DNA of 26,725 nt from a bacterium. GTDB taxonomy: Archaea > Thermoplasmatota > E2 > JACPAO01 > JAHFTW01. The stretch is taken from positions 1 through 26,725 of the forward strand of contig JAZJZE010000043.1 of the NCBI GenBank assembly GCA_040390065.1. The letters run 5' to 3'. Position numbers and translations under genes: made by a program. The notes beneath the pieces were generated by a model. The model worked only from the letters and a program-made list of their open reading frames with translations, ran no database searches and was not told the DNA's origin. Shown piece by piece: positions 16,957 through 26,016 of the stretch. Numbering within the stretch: the stretch's first letter is position 1; every line of letters starts with the position of its first letter.

Positions 16957-17889
16957 TCAACGTCTCGCTAGGCCGGAGAGTTCATCGCGGGCCAACAGGG
17001 CGAAGGTGGTTCCTGGTTCGGTAAGGACGACCAGCCGCTCCAGGCCCTTGACTTGTGTCTCAACGAGCCGTCTCTTTTCGAGGTCGGCCAACCTGGTGCG
17101 GAGGCGCCCTAAGGCCTTGCTGTGGAGTGTACGCAAAGTACCCATCGGCTTGCGTGTTTTCGGCGTGCGCTGTTCGGCTCGCTTCGTCTGCTTTAGCGCG
17201 TGCCGCTTGGCCACGGTCGACGGCAGCAAGTCGGCGAAATCCTCCATGGCTGCTTCGGGGTATGGGATCAGATGCTCAAGCAGTTCGCTGCGCGTGGCGC
17301 GGCCTCCCTTGTTGAGGAGAAACGCAAGCACCTGCCATTCGTAGCGTTCTAGGTGCACAAGGGGGATGGCGGGAATTGCAAGGACATCGCGTAGGCCAAC
17401 TGACATGCCATGGCGTTCCCACAGGTCCTGACGCTTCTTGGGGTCGCTTTCCCGCTCCGTGTACTTCTCCGGCTGCACGTAGTAGAGCGAGACGAGGCCC
17501 GTCTGTTGATATGCCATGCCGCCTAGGCCGGCGGCAAACGCACCAATCTTTGAGCCGGAACTGATGTTGATGCGAACCTGATTGTGGCCTCGGTAGGCCT
17601 CAAGGTGGCATAGCTCAACGACCTTGGCCAAGGTGTTTTCGAATTCGACGCTCCTTCCGCCTTCTGTCTTTGCGATGGGGTGGGTCTGGACCTCCAGGCC
17701 CAGCTTTTCCAACTCCGCAGCCACCCGTTCGGGGAATCCAAGGCCGCCCTTGGGGTCAGGGACCACCAGATGCACACGGTTGGCGTGTTGCCGGCGGTTG
17801 TCCTTCAACTCGGCCATGAAGGGCAAGACCGCACGGTCGAACTCCCACCCAATAGGAAGGACATGGACAACGACGTGCCTGCCCTTCAT
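16957..17889 (-). CDS. DUF6293/HFX_2341-type CARF-like domain plus C-terminal wHTH transcriptional regulator
   Basis: HVLPIGWEFDRAVLP, RVHLV, VRINISSGSKI (CARF-like loop), LYYVQPEKY; wHTH ending LEKRRLVE...VVLTEPG. Confidence 0.8.
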   Translation of the reverse strand: MKGRHVVVHVLPIGWEFDRAVLPFMAELKDNRRQHANRVHLVVPDPKGGLGFPERVAAELEKLGLEVQTHPIAKTEGGRSVEFENTLAKVVELCHLEAYRGHNQVRINISSGSKIGAFAAGLGGMAYQQTGLVSLYYVQPEKYTERESDPKKRQDLWERHGMSVGLRDVLAIPAIPLVHLERYEWQVLAFLLNKGGRATRSELLEHLIPYPEAAMEDFADLLPSTVAKRHALKQTKRAEQRTPKTRKPMGTLRTLHSKALGRLRTRLADLEKRRLVETQVKGLERLVVLTEPGTTFALLARDELSGLARR

Positions 17890-18030
17890 GGGTGCGGAAG
17901 GCGTCGATGGTATCTACAAGGCTGCCGAGTCGACATGGCGCCTGGACAAGGACGACATCGAGAGTCCGTCCGGAAACGGCCCGGGTCCAGCCGGATAGGC
18001 CCGGTCAAGGGGGCGGTTCAAAGACGCCGC

Positions 18031-18048
18031 CGGGTCGCAAGGCGGCGT
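18031..18048 (+). repeat. Right island boundary: 18-bp direct repeat within the palindrome ACGCCGCC-N9-GGCGGCGT (18024-18048)
   Basis: Exact match to 5393-5410. Confidence 0.85.
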
Positions 18049-18085
18049 GCCATGGGTTCAAGACCCTGGCTGGCTCGGAACTCGC

Positions 18086-19435
18086 GTGCCTCTCGTCTGC
18101 CCGCGGTGCGGCACCATGGTGCAGTTCCCTCCGGGGACGGTCCCTTGGTGTCCGACCTGCGGTTTCACGGGCCCCCTTCCATCCCCGCGGCCGGCGCAAC
18201 CGGCGGCGCCGCCCCCTTCGGCGGCATCGGCACGCGCGGCGCACCCGCCGTCTCCCCCGGCCTCGCCGGTTCCGACCGTTCGGCCGCCGCCGGCCGGGCC
18301 CCGTGCGCCGCCGGCCCGTGAAACAGGTGGCAGGCCAGCGTCGGCCGGCACGGCCCCGGCGTCCATGAACCCGGCGCGCACGGGAAAGGTGCGGACCATG
18401 GTTGTCGCTGCATTCGTCGCTGGAACGCTCTTGGCCAGTGGCGCCTGGGTGGCCGTTCTCTTCCTTCACAAGGATAGTCCCTCGATTCCGGGCACTGCAG
18501 CCGCGCCGGCTGGATTATTGGCGGACGTGCGGGCCGCGTTGGCAGGCGAGATTCCTGATGTGACGGAGGTCCACGGCACGCTTGCGGACATCGTTTACGC
18601 GGGCGCCCCAGACTATTCCTACAAAGTGTCGCCGCGGCCGGTGCATCTCGTCTACGGCGCGAACGGTGTGCAAGTTTTCACCTCATCCTGGACGGCCATT
18701 GACGGCCCGACCGGGGCCCGGACATGGTGCGCTGATGGTCTCCTGTACATGGTGTGGGGCGCGGACTGGAATACCACGTCGCGGGCCACCTCGATTGTCA
18801 GGGAGGAATACTCGGCCTCTGGCTGCAGCATCCACAAGGCCCTCGATCCGGACCGGTGGTCGGACGACCTTGCAAACGCAACGCCGACATCCGTCAGCCC
18901 AATGGGGGACGGATTCGTCGCCACGGCGACGTCGGTTCGCGGTGCGTTCAACGTGACCTTCGACGGCGCGATGCATGCCGCGCGCGTGCAGGTTTTTGGC
19001 GTGGCGGGTGAGCCTATTGCGGACCTGTGGGTCGAGAGAGGGATGCGACAGGCCGTTGCCCTGCCGCCGGGAGAGCGGGTGCCCATGTACGTGGACGTCT
19101 GCTCCTCTTCTGGGGCAACGGAATTTTCGTGGCGACTGGGGCGCCTGCCGTTCTCCCTGCCCTTGCGGGACCTGCACTTTACCTACGTCGAGGCGGGCAA
19201 CCGGTCGGGAAGTGTCGGGTCGCGGCACTCCTTCCAGGTCGGTGACCCTGCCGACGCGAGCGGGTCGTGGCTCGAGTACAAGGACGTGGACGCCGACGCG
19301 CGGCTATCGAAGGGCGATGTCGCCGTCCTGCATCACCGCAACGACGGCGGTCGCGGGGCCGAGAGACTCGACGATGACTGGTCGGGAAAGATGGCCCCGG
19401 AGACACACGGGTCATGTCCGGCCGGCTCATCCTGA
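18086..19435 (+). CDS. Zinc-ribbon, Pro-rich, single-TM protein with a large extracellular domain
   Basis: CPRC...CPTC, PAAPP-rich linker, TM MVVAAFVAG..., DVDADARLSKGD motif; GTG 18086 preferred over 18047, which falls in the boundary repeat. Confidence 0.7.
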   Translation: MPLVCPRCGTMVQFPPGTVPWCPTCGFTGPLPSPRPAQPAAPPPSAASARAAHPPSPPASPVPTVRPPPAGPRAPPARETGGRPASAGTAPASMNPARTGKVRTMVVAAFVAGTLLASGAWVAVLFLHKDSPSIPGTAAAPAGLLADVRAALAGEIPDVTEVHGTLADIVYAGAPDYSYKVSPRPVHLVYGANGVQVFTSSWTAIDGPTGARTWCADGLLYMVWGADWNTTSRATSIVREEYSASGCSIHKALDPDRWSDDLANATPTSVSPMGDGFVATATSVRGAFNVTFDGAMHAARVQVFGVAGEPIADLWVERGMRQAVALPPGERVPMYVDVCSSSGATEFSWRLGRLPFSLPLRDLHFTYVEAGNRSGSVGSRHSFQVGDPADASGSWLEYKDVDADARLSKGDVAVLHHRNDGGRGAERLDDDWSGKMAPETHGSCPAGSS

Positions 19436-19552
19436 GCGCCACCTTCCGGAAGCCGGTGGAGCGAGCGTTGGTGGCCGGCCTGCCGCCCGCGACGTCCACG
19501 TTTCAACTCCTGACTACGTTCCTTAAGTAAGCACCCAGAGCGTTCGTGCACG

Positions 19553-20665
19553 ATGGCTCCTACCATCAAGACCCTGACCGCGCTGGCAGCCCTCCTCATG
19601 GCATTGCCCAGTGCTTCGGCGTTGGCTGCGACGCACGCGGCCGACGCCGCCTTGCCCCCCTCCCTCGACCCGAACGCCCTTCTTGCCTCGGCCGGCGGCC
19701 AAGCCGACTCTGGCGGGAAGGCGGCGACCGACACGCTTCGTGCCGTGTCCGATACCGCAGACCGTGCCACGGGCACGCTCGCCGTCGCGACGCAGCCCAT
19801 CCTCGACCTGGCGACGAACAGCTTGTCATGCCGCCCCGCCGTCCACGTCAAACTCGACTGGTTCGGCGGCCGCGTCACGGACTCCCGCGACGGCTCGGGT
19901 TCGTTCCTCGTGCCCTACACGCTGGTCTCCAAGCAGACGATCCAAGTGCCGCGGCTCGAGACGGTGACGGAGACCGTGTGGAGCGCCGGCAGCGTGCTCG
20001 ACGCCTTCGTCGCACCCATCACACGCACGACGACCCGTGTCATCGGCGACGACGTGCAGACCGTGGTGACGCAGACGCCCGCGGACCTTTGGGCGATGGC
20101 CTCATGGCGCGAGGACTACATCGTGTGGTCGGCCTACTATGACGACTGGTACGTGAGCCCGCTTGCGTCGCTGCCGGCGACGCCGGGCATGAGCCATGGA
20201 GCCATCGAGTTGCAGTGCGATCCATCGGCGGTCATCCTCGGCTCGGTCCCCGACCCGTGGCGCGCCGGCGTCGACACATACTGCTTGTGCGCCAGCAGAC
20301 CCGTCGACGGCTGGTACGTCAGCATCGTGTCGCTCGACGTCAACCTCGCCAACGCGCAGCAGTACCGGACGGCATGGGCGTCGCCCGCGAGCGCCCCGAC
20401 CGTCGTCGCCGACGCCGCCATTGCCAAGGCCGGCGTGCTATCGTTCACGCCGGACCAACTGGCCCGTCAGGCGCAAGACCGCGCCGACGCCGGCCGGCCG
20501 GATGCCCCGACGGCCAGCCGCGACCCGGCAATCGCGCCCCAGACGAGCACGTGCTCGACCCTGAACGTGCCGTTGTCGACGGGCTTGATGCTGGGCACCC
20601 TCGGCGTCTCCATCCTCGCCGCCCTCGGCTTGGGAGCCCACCGCATTGTGCGCCGCAAGGCGTGA
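19553..20665 (+). CDS. Secreted hypothetical protein with C-terminal TM anchor
   Basis: Signal peptide, C-terminal TM plus RRK tail; TTAAGTA TATA-like box at ~19523-19529. Confidence 0.75.
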   Translation: MAPTIKTLTALAALLMALPSASALAATHAADAALPPSLDPNALLASAGGQADSGGKAATDTLRAVSDTADRATGTLAVATQPILDLATNSLSCRPAVHVKLDWFGGRVTDSRDGSGSFLVPYTLVSKQTIQVPRLETVTETVWSAGSVLDAFVAPITRTTTRVIGDDVQTVVTQTPADLWAMASWREDYIVWSAYYDDWYVSPLASLPATPGMSHGAIELQCDPSAVILGSVPDPWRAGVDTYCLCASRPVDGWYVSIVSLDVNLANAQQYRTAWASPASAPTVVADAAIAKAGVLSFTPDQLARQAQDRADAGRPDAPTASRDPAIAPQTSTCSTLNVPLSTGLMLGTLGVSILAALGLGAHRIVRRKA

Positions 20666-20749
20666 GGGCCGAACGCCGCCTCTTCCCCTCCTTCCTGCAT
20701 CGTCCGGCACCACCGAAGCGATGAAGCGGCCCGCCGGCCTCGCACGCCC

Positions 20750-21421
20750 GTGTCCTCGAAGACGCGCTGGTTCCAAGAGCGCTCCAAAGAGGGCTACTAC
20801 CGCATGGCCAAGAAGGAAGGCTACCGGGCGCGCTCGGCGTACAAGTTGCAGCAGATCAACGAGAAGTACCGCATCGTCTCGCGCGGTGCTGCCGTGGCCG
20901 ATCTCGGCTGCGCGCCCGGCGGCTGGAGCCAAGTCCTGGTCGAAGCCGTGGGCCAGGACGGCGTCGTGGTCGGCGTCGACCTGCAGCGCATGAAGCCCAT
21001 TCCGGGAGCCCGCTTCATCCGCGGCGACTTCACGAAGCGCGAGACGCATGCCAAACTGGCCGAGCTCCTTGCCGACGCGGGCCGGGACCGCCTCGATTGC
21101 GTCCTCTCCGACATGGCCCCCGATATGTCCGGCAACTACGAGCTCGACCAGATCCGCAGCATCCAGCTCGCAGAGATGGCCCTCGACTTCGCCGGTCACC
21201 ACCTGCGGCCGGGCGGCCACTTCGCATGCAAGGTCTTCGAGGGCGCCGACTTCCAGCAGTTCCGCAACGAGGTGCGCACGCGCTTCAAGGGCCTCTACCA
21301 GTTCCATCCGCCGGCGAGCCGCTCGTCGTCGAGCGAGATTTACGTCATCGGCAAGGGCTTCAAGCCGGAGAAGGCAAGCGATCCCGAGCCGGACGACGAA
21401 GCCGCCGACGCCGACGATTAG
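20750..21421 (+). CDS. rlmE: 23S rRNA (uridine2552-2'-O)-methyltransferase RlmE/FtsJ
   Basis: GYRARSAYKL, DLGCAPGGWSQ, VLSDMAP, CKVFEG, SRSSSSEIY. Confidence 0.96.
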   Translation: MSSKTRWFQERSKEGYYRMAKKEGYRARSAYKLQQINEKYRIVSRGAAVADLGCAPGGWSQVLVEAVGQDGVVVGVDLQRMKPIPGARFIRGDFTKRETHAKLAELLADAGRDRLDCVLSDMAPDMSGNYELDQIRSIQLAEMALDFAGHHLRPGGHFACKVFEGADFQQFRNEVRTRFKGLYQFHPPASRSSSSEIYVIGKGFKPEKASDPEPDDEAADADD

Positions 21422-21873
21422 GTCGCGGGCGTGGGGTCGAACCGAGCCAGTGCGCCACAGAGGATGGCGTAGGCACCGAGCGCAACATGCAGGCCGTTGA
21501 GTGCGGGAGTCAGGGCAAGAAACGCGTACCCCGAGCTGGCCGGATCGCTCCACACGGCGAAGCCGGCAATGCCGAAAACCAGGTAGAAGCAGCCGAAGAT
21601 GATGGCAAACAGGCGCACCGTCGGACCGGGCAACGTGGCGAAGCCGAAGAGCACCGCGGCGGCGGCCAGGACGAGGTGGGTCAGATCGTGGGCCCAGGTG
21701 AAGTTCACCAGGCGGTTGCCGTAGCTGAGCGCGTAGGCTTGCCCGACCATGCCCATCAGCAAACCAACCGCGGCGATCCCGGTCAAGGCGAAGGCCGAGA
21801 TGCGGAAGAACATCACAGGCTCGAGCAGGGTCGGCAAGTGGTTCGTCGTGCGCGGGTACTCAGGCATCCGCAT
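21418..21873 (-). CDS. DUF4383-like four-TM membrane protein
   Basis: HDLTHLVLA, FYLVFGIAGF, NGLHVALG; TTTAT box ~30 nt upstream. Confidence 0.7.
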   Translation of the reverse strand: MRMPEYPRTTNHLPTLLEPVMFFRISAFALTGIAAVGLLMGMVGQAYALSYGNRLVNFTWAHDLTHLVLAAAAVLFGFATLPGPTVRLFAIIFGCFYLVFGIAGFAVWSDPASSGYAFLALTPALNGLHVALGAYAILCGALARFDPTPAT

Positions 21874-21959
21874 CCGGGTCGGTTGCACTGGCCGCGCCGC
21901 GATAAACATTGGCGATTGGCCACGGCAACGTCTTGAACGGCGCGCGGCCTGCGCCATGC

Positions 21960-22925
21960 GTGCGCCTTGGCGCGGCCCTTGCCCTCATGGTCCTCGTCGC
22001 ACCATGGGCTTGCGCCGCCCCGGCCGATGACGCGGCGGCGCGCGGCCTGGTCTTTCTGGCCAGCCTCCCTGCGGACGGGCAGATGGCGCCCTACCTCGTC
22101 GAGGCGGCGGTGGCCACGGGCCTGGACCCGCGCGCGTGGCCGTCCGGGCACGCTGCACTCGACGACGTGCCGCGCAATGCGAGCGGCCAGGCCGCGCTCC
22201 GGCCACTCTACGCGTTGGCGCTCGCCGGCGCCGCGCCGAGCGACGGGCCCGGCCGCATCCTGGCCACGTTCCGCGACGGTCAATTCGGCGACGCAGCGCT
22301 GCGCAACGACGACGCGTGGAGCATCCTCGCGCTGAGTGCCGCGCACGCAAGGGACGAACGCATCGGCACGGCGGCCTTGCGACTTGCTGCCCAGCAGGAT
22401 CCGCAAGGCGGTTGGTCGTGGAGCGACGGTGGCGCCGCCGACGTGGACACCACGGGCATGGTGCTCGAGGCGCTGCGGGCGGCGGACCACCTCGATGCGG
22501 GCGTGGTGCAGCGGGCCGCGTCCTGGCTTGCTGGCCAACGCGTACCCGGCGGCGGCTTTCCTTCCGAGCCGGGCCAGGCCGCGAACTGTGACTCGACGGC
22601 ATGGGCAATCCGGGGTCTGCGCGCCGCCGGCGCCGCCGTTGCAGCCGAGACCTGGACCTATCTGGTTGGCTTGCAGCAAGCAGACGGGGGCTTTGCGTAC
22701 CAGGTCGGCGGCACGTCGAACGCCCTGTGCACGGCCGAGGCCGTCACCGTCCTAGGCTTGGCGGGGGCACGTGCCTCATCTGCTCCGCCCCAATCGACGC
22801 CGATGGTGGCGCCACAATTCATCCTCGTGGGACTCGGTGCGATGGTCACGCTGCGACGGGGGCGCGCGGCAAGGACATGGAGCGCCAAGCCCGCACCGTC
22901 GCCGGCGTGGCGGCGGCAAACATGA
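21960..22925 (+). CDS. Secreted prenyltransferase/squalene-oxidase-repeat (alpha/alpha barrel) protein with C-terminal anchor
   Basis: QDPQGGWS, DVDTTG, QRVPGGGF, NCDSTAW, QQADGGF repeats; signal peptide; STP...TM...RR tail. Confidence 0.85.
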   Translation: MRLGAALALMVLVAPWACAAPADDAAARGLVFLASLPADGQMAPYLVEAAVATGLDPRAWPSGHAALDDVPRNASGQAALRPLYALALAGAAPSDGPGRILATFRDGQFGDAALRNDDAWSILALSAAHARDERIGTAALRLAAQQDPQGGWSWSDGGAADVDTTGMVLEALRAADHLDAGVVQRAASWLAGQRVPGGGFPSEPGQAANCDSTAWAIRGLRAAGAAVAAETWTYLVGLQQADGGFAYQVGGTSNALCTAEAVTVLGLAGARASSAPPQSTPMVAPQFILVGLGAMVTLRRGRAARTWSAKPAPSPAWRRQT

Positions 22926-23961
22926 CTGCGTTGGCGTAGGCCGGGATGAGGTTGAACAAGAGGCCGCCGACAACCAGCGCGGACAGGCCGCCGGGGGCGC
23001 CGCGGGCTTCGGGCAGCATGAGCCAAGTGACGGCGTCGCTTGCCAGCGAGAACAGCATCGTCGCGCAGAAGCCGGCCGCCGCCGCCGTGAGCCGTGCAGA
23101 CCAAGCATCGAGGCGTGAGGGTCCCGTCCAGTCCAGCCCACGCAGGACTCCGCCGAGAAGGCCAAGAAGGGCCATGGCGGGGACGTTGACGAACGATGCC
23201 GGCAGGAGGCCGGTGAGCATCACGTCGGTCGTCGCCATGGCAAGCGCGCCAGCCCACATCCCGACGCGGGGGCCGAAGAGGACGCCGCCCAGGAAGACGA
23301 TGGCGTACGTCGGCGAGATGTTGGCGACCGTGAAGGCAAGCCGCGCGGCGGCGGCAACGGCGGCCACGGCGATGACGGGCGCAAACGAGGCGTTCGTATC
23401 CATGCCGGCAAGGCGTAGCGCGTCTTTGCGTATCTCGGCCCGCCGTAGCCCTGAGGCAAACAACGGCGGCAGCAGGCGCGCGACACCGTTGGGCCGCAAC
23501 TTGCGCCGGCCATCGAGACGCTGCGCGGCCAACACCCGACGCGCATCCTCGCCCACACCGTGAGCGGCCAGGACGACGGCAGCCATGAAGGCGGTTGCGC
23601 GGCGGGGCAGGCGAAGGCCATCCAGGATGACGGTTGCCGGTGCCCGGTCGAGGAGGGCGAAGTTCACGGCGACCGCCGCACTCAGACGGGTCGCGACGGC
23701 GATGCCGGTGGCCGCCGCACTGGGCGAGAACGGGACAGGACCAAGCCACGACAGCGGCGGCTGACGGATGACGAAGCCGAAGAGGATTGCGTCGAAGGCC
23801 ATGGTGGTGGCAGCAAACAGCAGCAGCCCCAGGTGCCCTTTCCGCCTGGCAGCGAGCGCGACGATGCCGACGGCTGCGACGATCGGCACGGCCAGGGCGA
23901 GGGATGCCGCGGTCAGTGCGCCAGCGATGGCCACGAAGGCGAGTGCGACAGGACGCTTCAT
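22846..23961 (-). CDS. ECF transporter EcfT-like domain fused to an S-component (CbrT-like, cobalamin probable)
   Basis: N-half with coupling-helix-like AAQRLDG and ALRLAG; C-half ARLAF..ANISPTYAIVFLGGVLFGP typical of S components. Confidence 0.7.
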   Translation of the reverse strand: MKRPVALAFVAIAGALTAASLALAVPIVAAVGIVALAARRKGHLGLLLFAATTMAFDAILFGFVIRQPPLSWLGPVPFSPSAAATGIAVATRLSAAVAVNFALLDRAPATVILDGLRLPRRATAFMAAVVLAAHGVGEDARRVLAAQRLDGRRKLRPNGVARLLPPLFASGLRRAEIRKDALRLAGMDTNASFAPVIAVAAVAAAARLAFTVANISPTYAIVFLGGVLFGPRVGMWAGALAMATTDVMLTGLLPASFVNVPAMALLGLLGGVLRGLDWTGPSRLDAWSARLTAAAAGFCATMLFSLASDAVTWLMLPEARGAPGGLSALVVGGLLFNLIPAYANAVMFAAATPATVRAWRSMSLPRAPVAA

Positions 23962-25136
23962 GGGCCCCCCATGGAGATGCGGCTCTGCGCGGCGGCGATG
24001 ATTTCGGGGTCATGCGTCGCTGCCAGGATGCACGCCCCCGCCTCGATGCGTTGGGACATGAGGCGCGCAAGGCCCGCGCGGCCGGCGCCATCCAAATGAG
24101 CCTCGGGTTCGTCCAGCAGGTAAAGCGGCGCCGGCCGCCCCAGCGTCTTGGCAAGCGCCACGCGTTGGGCTTGGCCGCCGGAGAGGGCCAACGGATGGCG
24201 TGCCGCAAGCGCAGCCGGCACCAGGGCCGCGCGGACCTCGGCGTCGGCGTGTTCGAGCTCCTGGTCGACCGTGTCGCACGTGAACAGTTCGCCGGCGCGG
24301 GGGAGCAGGAGTTGGACGTTGTGCCCGGGTTGCGGCGTGGCCCCGCGGACTCGGGCGTTGGTCGCGCCGAGGAGTCCTGCGAGGTGCAGAAGGAGGGTGC
24401 TCTTGCCACAGCCGTTCGGCCCCACGACGACGTGCAGGCCCGCCGCAAGAGCCGTCGCCGGAAGTGGCACCTCACCGTCGCCGCGCCGCACGGTGCATCC
24501 GGGAAAGCGCAAGACGGCCTCTCCCGCGCCACGTGCGATTGGCGGCAGCGGGGCCAGGGCAGTGCCGCCGAGGTCGATGCGCGCCGTCGCCAGGGCGTCG
24601 AGGAAGTCGCCGTGATCAGCCGCCACGACGGCGCCATGTTGCCGCGCGCGCATCACGAGGCGAACCAGGCGGGCCCGGCGCTCGTCGTCGAGTCCCTCCG
24701 TCGGCTCGTCGAGGAGCAGGAGGCGAGGCGATCCTGCCTCCGCGACCAGGAGCGCCACGTTGCGGGCCTCGCCGGAAGACAGCGTTGCGATGTCGCGGTC
24801 GCCAAGGTGGGCCGCCTGAGGGGGCACGGTCTTCCCGCGCAACCGGAATTCGCCGCTCACCGTCAGGCCGACGAGCCCGTCCCGGGCATCCTGTTGGGCC
24901 ACGTGCACGAGAGTGAGCAGCTCGCCGGCGCGCAAGCTCGACGGGTCCCTGCCGGCCACGTGCACGGATGCGGCGGCCAGGGGCGACGGGAGTCCGGCGA
25001 GCAGGCGCAGCAGGCTGCTCTTCCCCGAGCCGTTGGCGCCGCGCAGGACGACCAAGTCGCCGGCGTGCACATCGAGGTCTACGGGCCCGGACGCCGCGCG
25101 GAAGCCGCGTACCACTGCGATGGGCGCATCAGGCAT
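23958..25136 (-). CDS. ECF/ABC ATPase with two compact nucleotide-binding domains
   Basis: GANGSGKS/LSSGE/LLLDEPT and GPNGCGKS/LSGGQ/LLDEPE/ATHD; ATGA-coupled to the downstream gene. Confidence 0.9.
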   Translation of the reverse strand: MPDAPIAVVRGFRAASGPVDLDVHAGDLVVLRGANGSGKSSLLRLLAGLPSPLAAASVHVAGRDPSSLRAGELLTLVHVAQQDARDGLVGLTVSGEFRLRGKTVPPQAAHLGDRDIATLSSGEARNVALLVAEAGSPRLLLLDEPTEGLDDERRARLVRLVMRARQHGAVVAADHGDFLDALATARIDLGGTALAPLPPIARGAGEAVLRFPGCTVRRGDGEVPLPATALAAGLHVVVGPNGCGKSTLLLHLAGLLGATNARVRGATPQPGHNVQLLLPRAGELFTCDTVDQELEHADAEVRAALVPAALAARHPLALSGGQAQRVALAKTLGRPAPLYLLDEPEAHLDGAGRAGLARLMSQRIEAGACILAATHDPEIIAAAQSRISMGGP

Positions 25137-25956
25137 GGCGCTCCGGCGCCTCGGCCAACTCGACCGCGACGCGGCGCAGGGTCACGTCGTTCTGGCGCTC
25201 GAAGCCGGACAGGACTTCGGCGAGCCGGTCGCGCGAGGCAAACAGCAGGACGTCGAGGCCGCGCTCCGCCGCGTTGAAGGCTGCGCGGTCGGCGGCGAAC
25301 TCGAAGTCGAGGCGCAGGAGGCCGGCCTTGGCAAGACCGCGTGCCAGGATGCGGGCGCCGGTCCCATGGGCGCCGACCTTGTGCCAGGCGCTCCGCCGGA
25401 CGTCGGTGGCGAGGCGGGCCGTGTCGATGCGCGCGATGCCTCCTTCCGCTGGCGCCGGCAGCGACACCACGCGCAGACGGCCGGGCTCCAGGCCGACCAT
25501 GCCCTTGAGGTCGGCGACGATGACCTCTTCGCCCCGCTTTGCGTCGTTGCGGGCCCGGCCGCGGCTTGCAGCGTCGCGTCCCGGTCGTGCCTCGAGGTCG
25601 CCGTCAGCCATCCAGAGTCCCACGTCCTGGCCTGCCTTGACGGGCGCCGCGGCCACGGCGCTTGTGACTTGGATGACATCGAGGGGGCTGGCAAGTGACG
25701 CGACGGCGTCGCGCAACTGGCGCACGCCTTCATGGAGAGATTGCAGGCCGCGGGCAGTCGGCGCGGCGCGTCCGTCCTCCTGGGCAAGAAGCCCGTCCTT
25801 TGCCAGGCCTTTGGCGTGCATCGAGACCGCCTGGACGGTGACGCCCAGGCGCTTTGCCACATCGGACAGCGTTGCGCCGGGGTTGCCGTCCAGCGTGGCG
25901 AGGATCAAGAGCCGCGTCGTGCCGGTGCGGTCGCGCAGCGTGCCGTACGGGTCCAT
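25129..25956 (-). CDS. Archaeal HTH transcriptional regulator (MarR-like, COG1497-like)
   Basis: TLSDVAKRLGVTVQAVSMH HTH, GQDVGLWMADG, AAFNAAERGLDV. Confidence 0.8.
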   Translation of the reverse strand: MDPYGTLRDRTGTTRLLILATLDGNPGATLSDVAKRLGVTVQAVSMHAKGLAKDGLLAQEDGRAAPTARGLQSLHEGVRQLRDAVASLASPLDVIQVTSAVAAAPVKAGQDVGLWMADGDLEARPGRDAASRGRARNDAKRGEEVIVADLKGMVGLEPGRLRVVSLPAPAEGGIARIDTARLATDVRRSAWHKVGAHGTGARILARGLAKAGLLRLDFEFAADRAAFNAAERGLDVLLFASRDRLAEVLSGFERQNDVTLRRVAVELAEAPERHA

Positions 25957-26016
25957 GCCGTGGGCAACCCTTTTGCCGTTTCAACTCTTGGTGAGCCCCA
26001 TCAATCTGGATTGAGC

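Larger units (their letters stand above)
5393..18048. mobile_element. ~12.6 kb integrated defence island / composite mobile element
   Basis: Exact 18-bp flanking repeat, shared subterminal motifs at both ends, lower GC than flanks by eye, R-M/defence cargo and a DDE transposase. Confidence 0.75.

Noticed and set aside
22846-22925. 80-bp convergent overlap of two genes
   Set aside because: Explained by 3' tail run-on in stop-poor GC-rich DNA.
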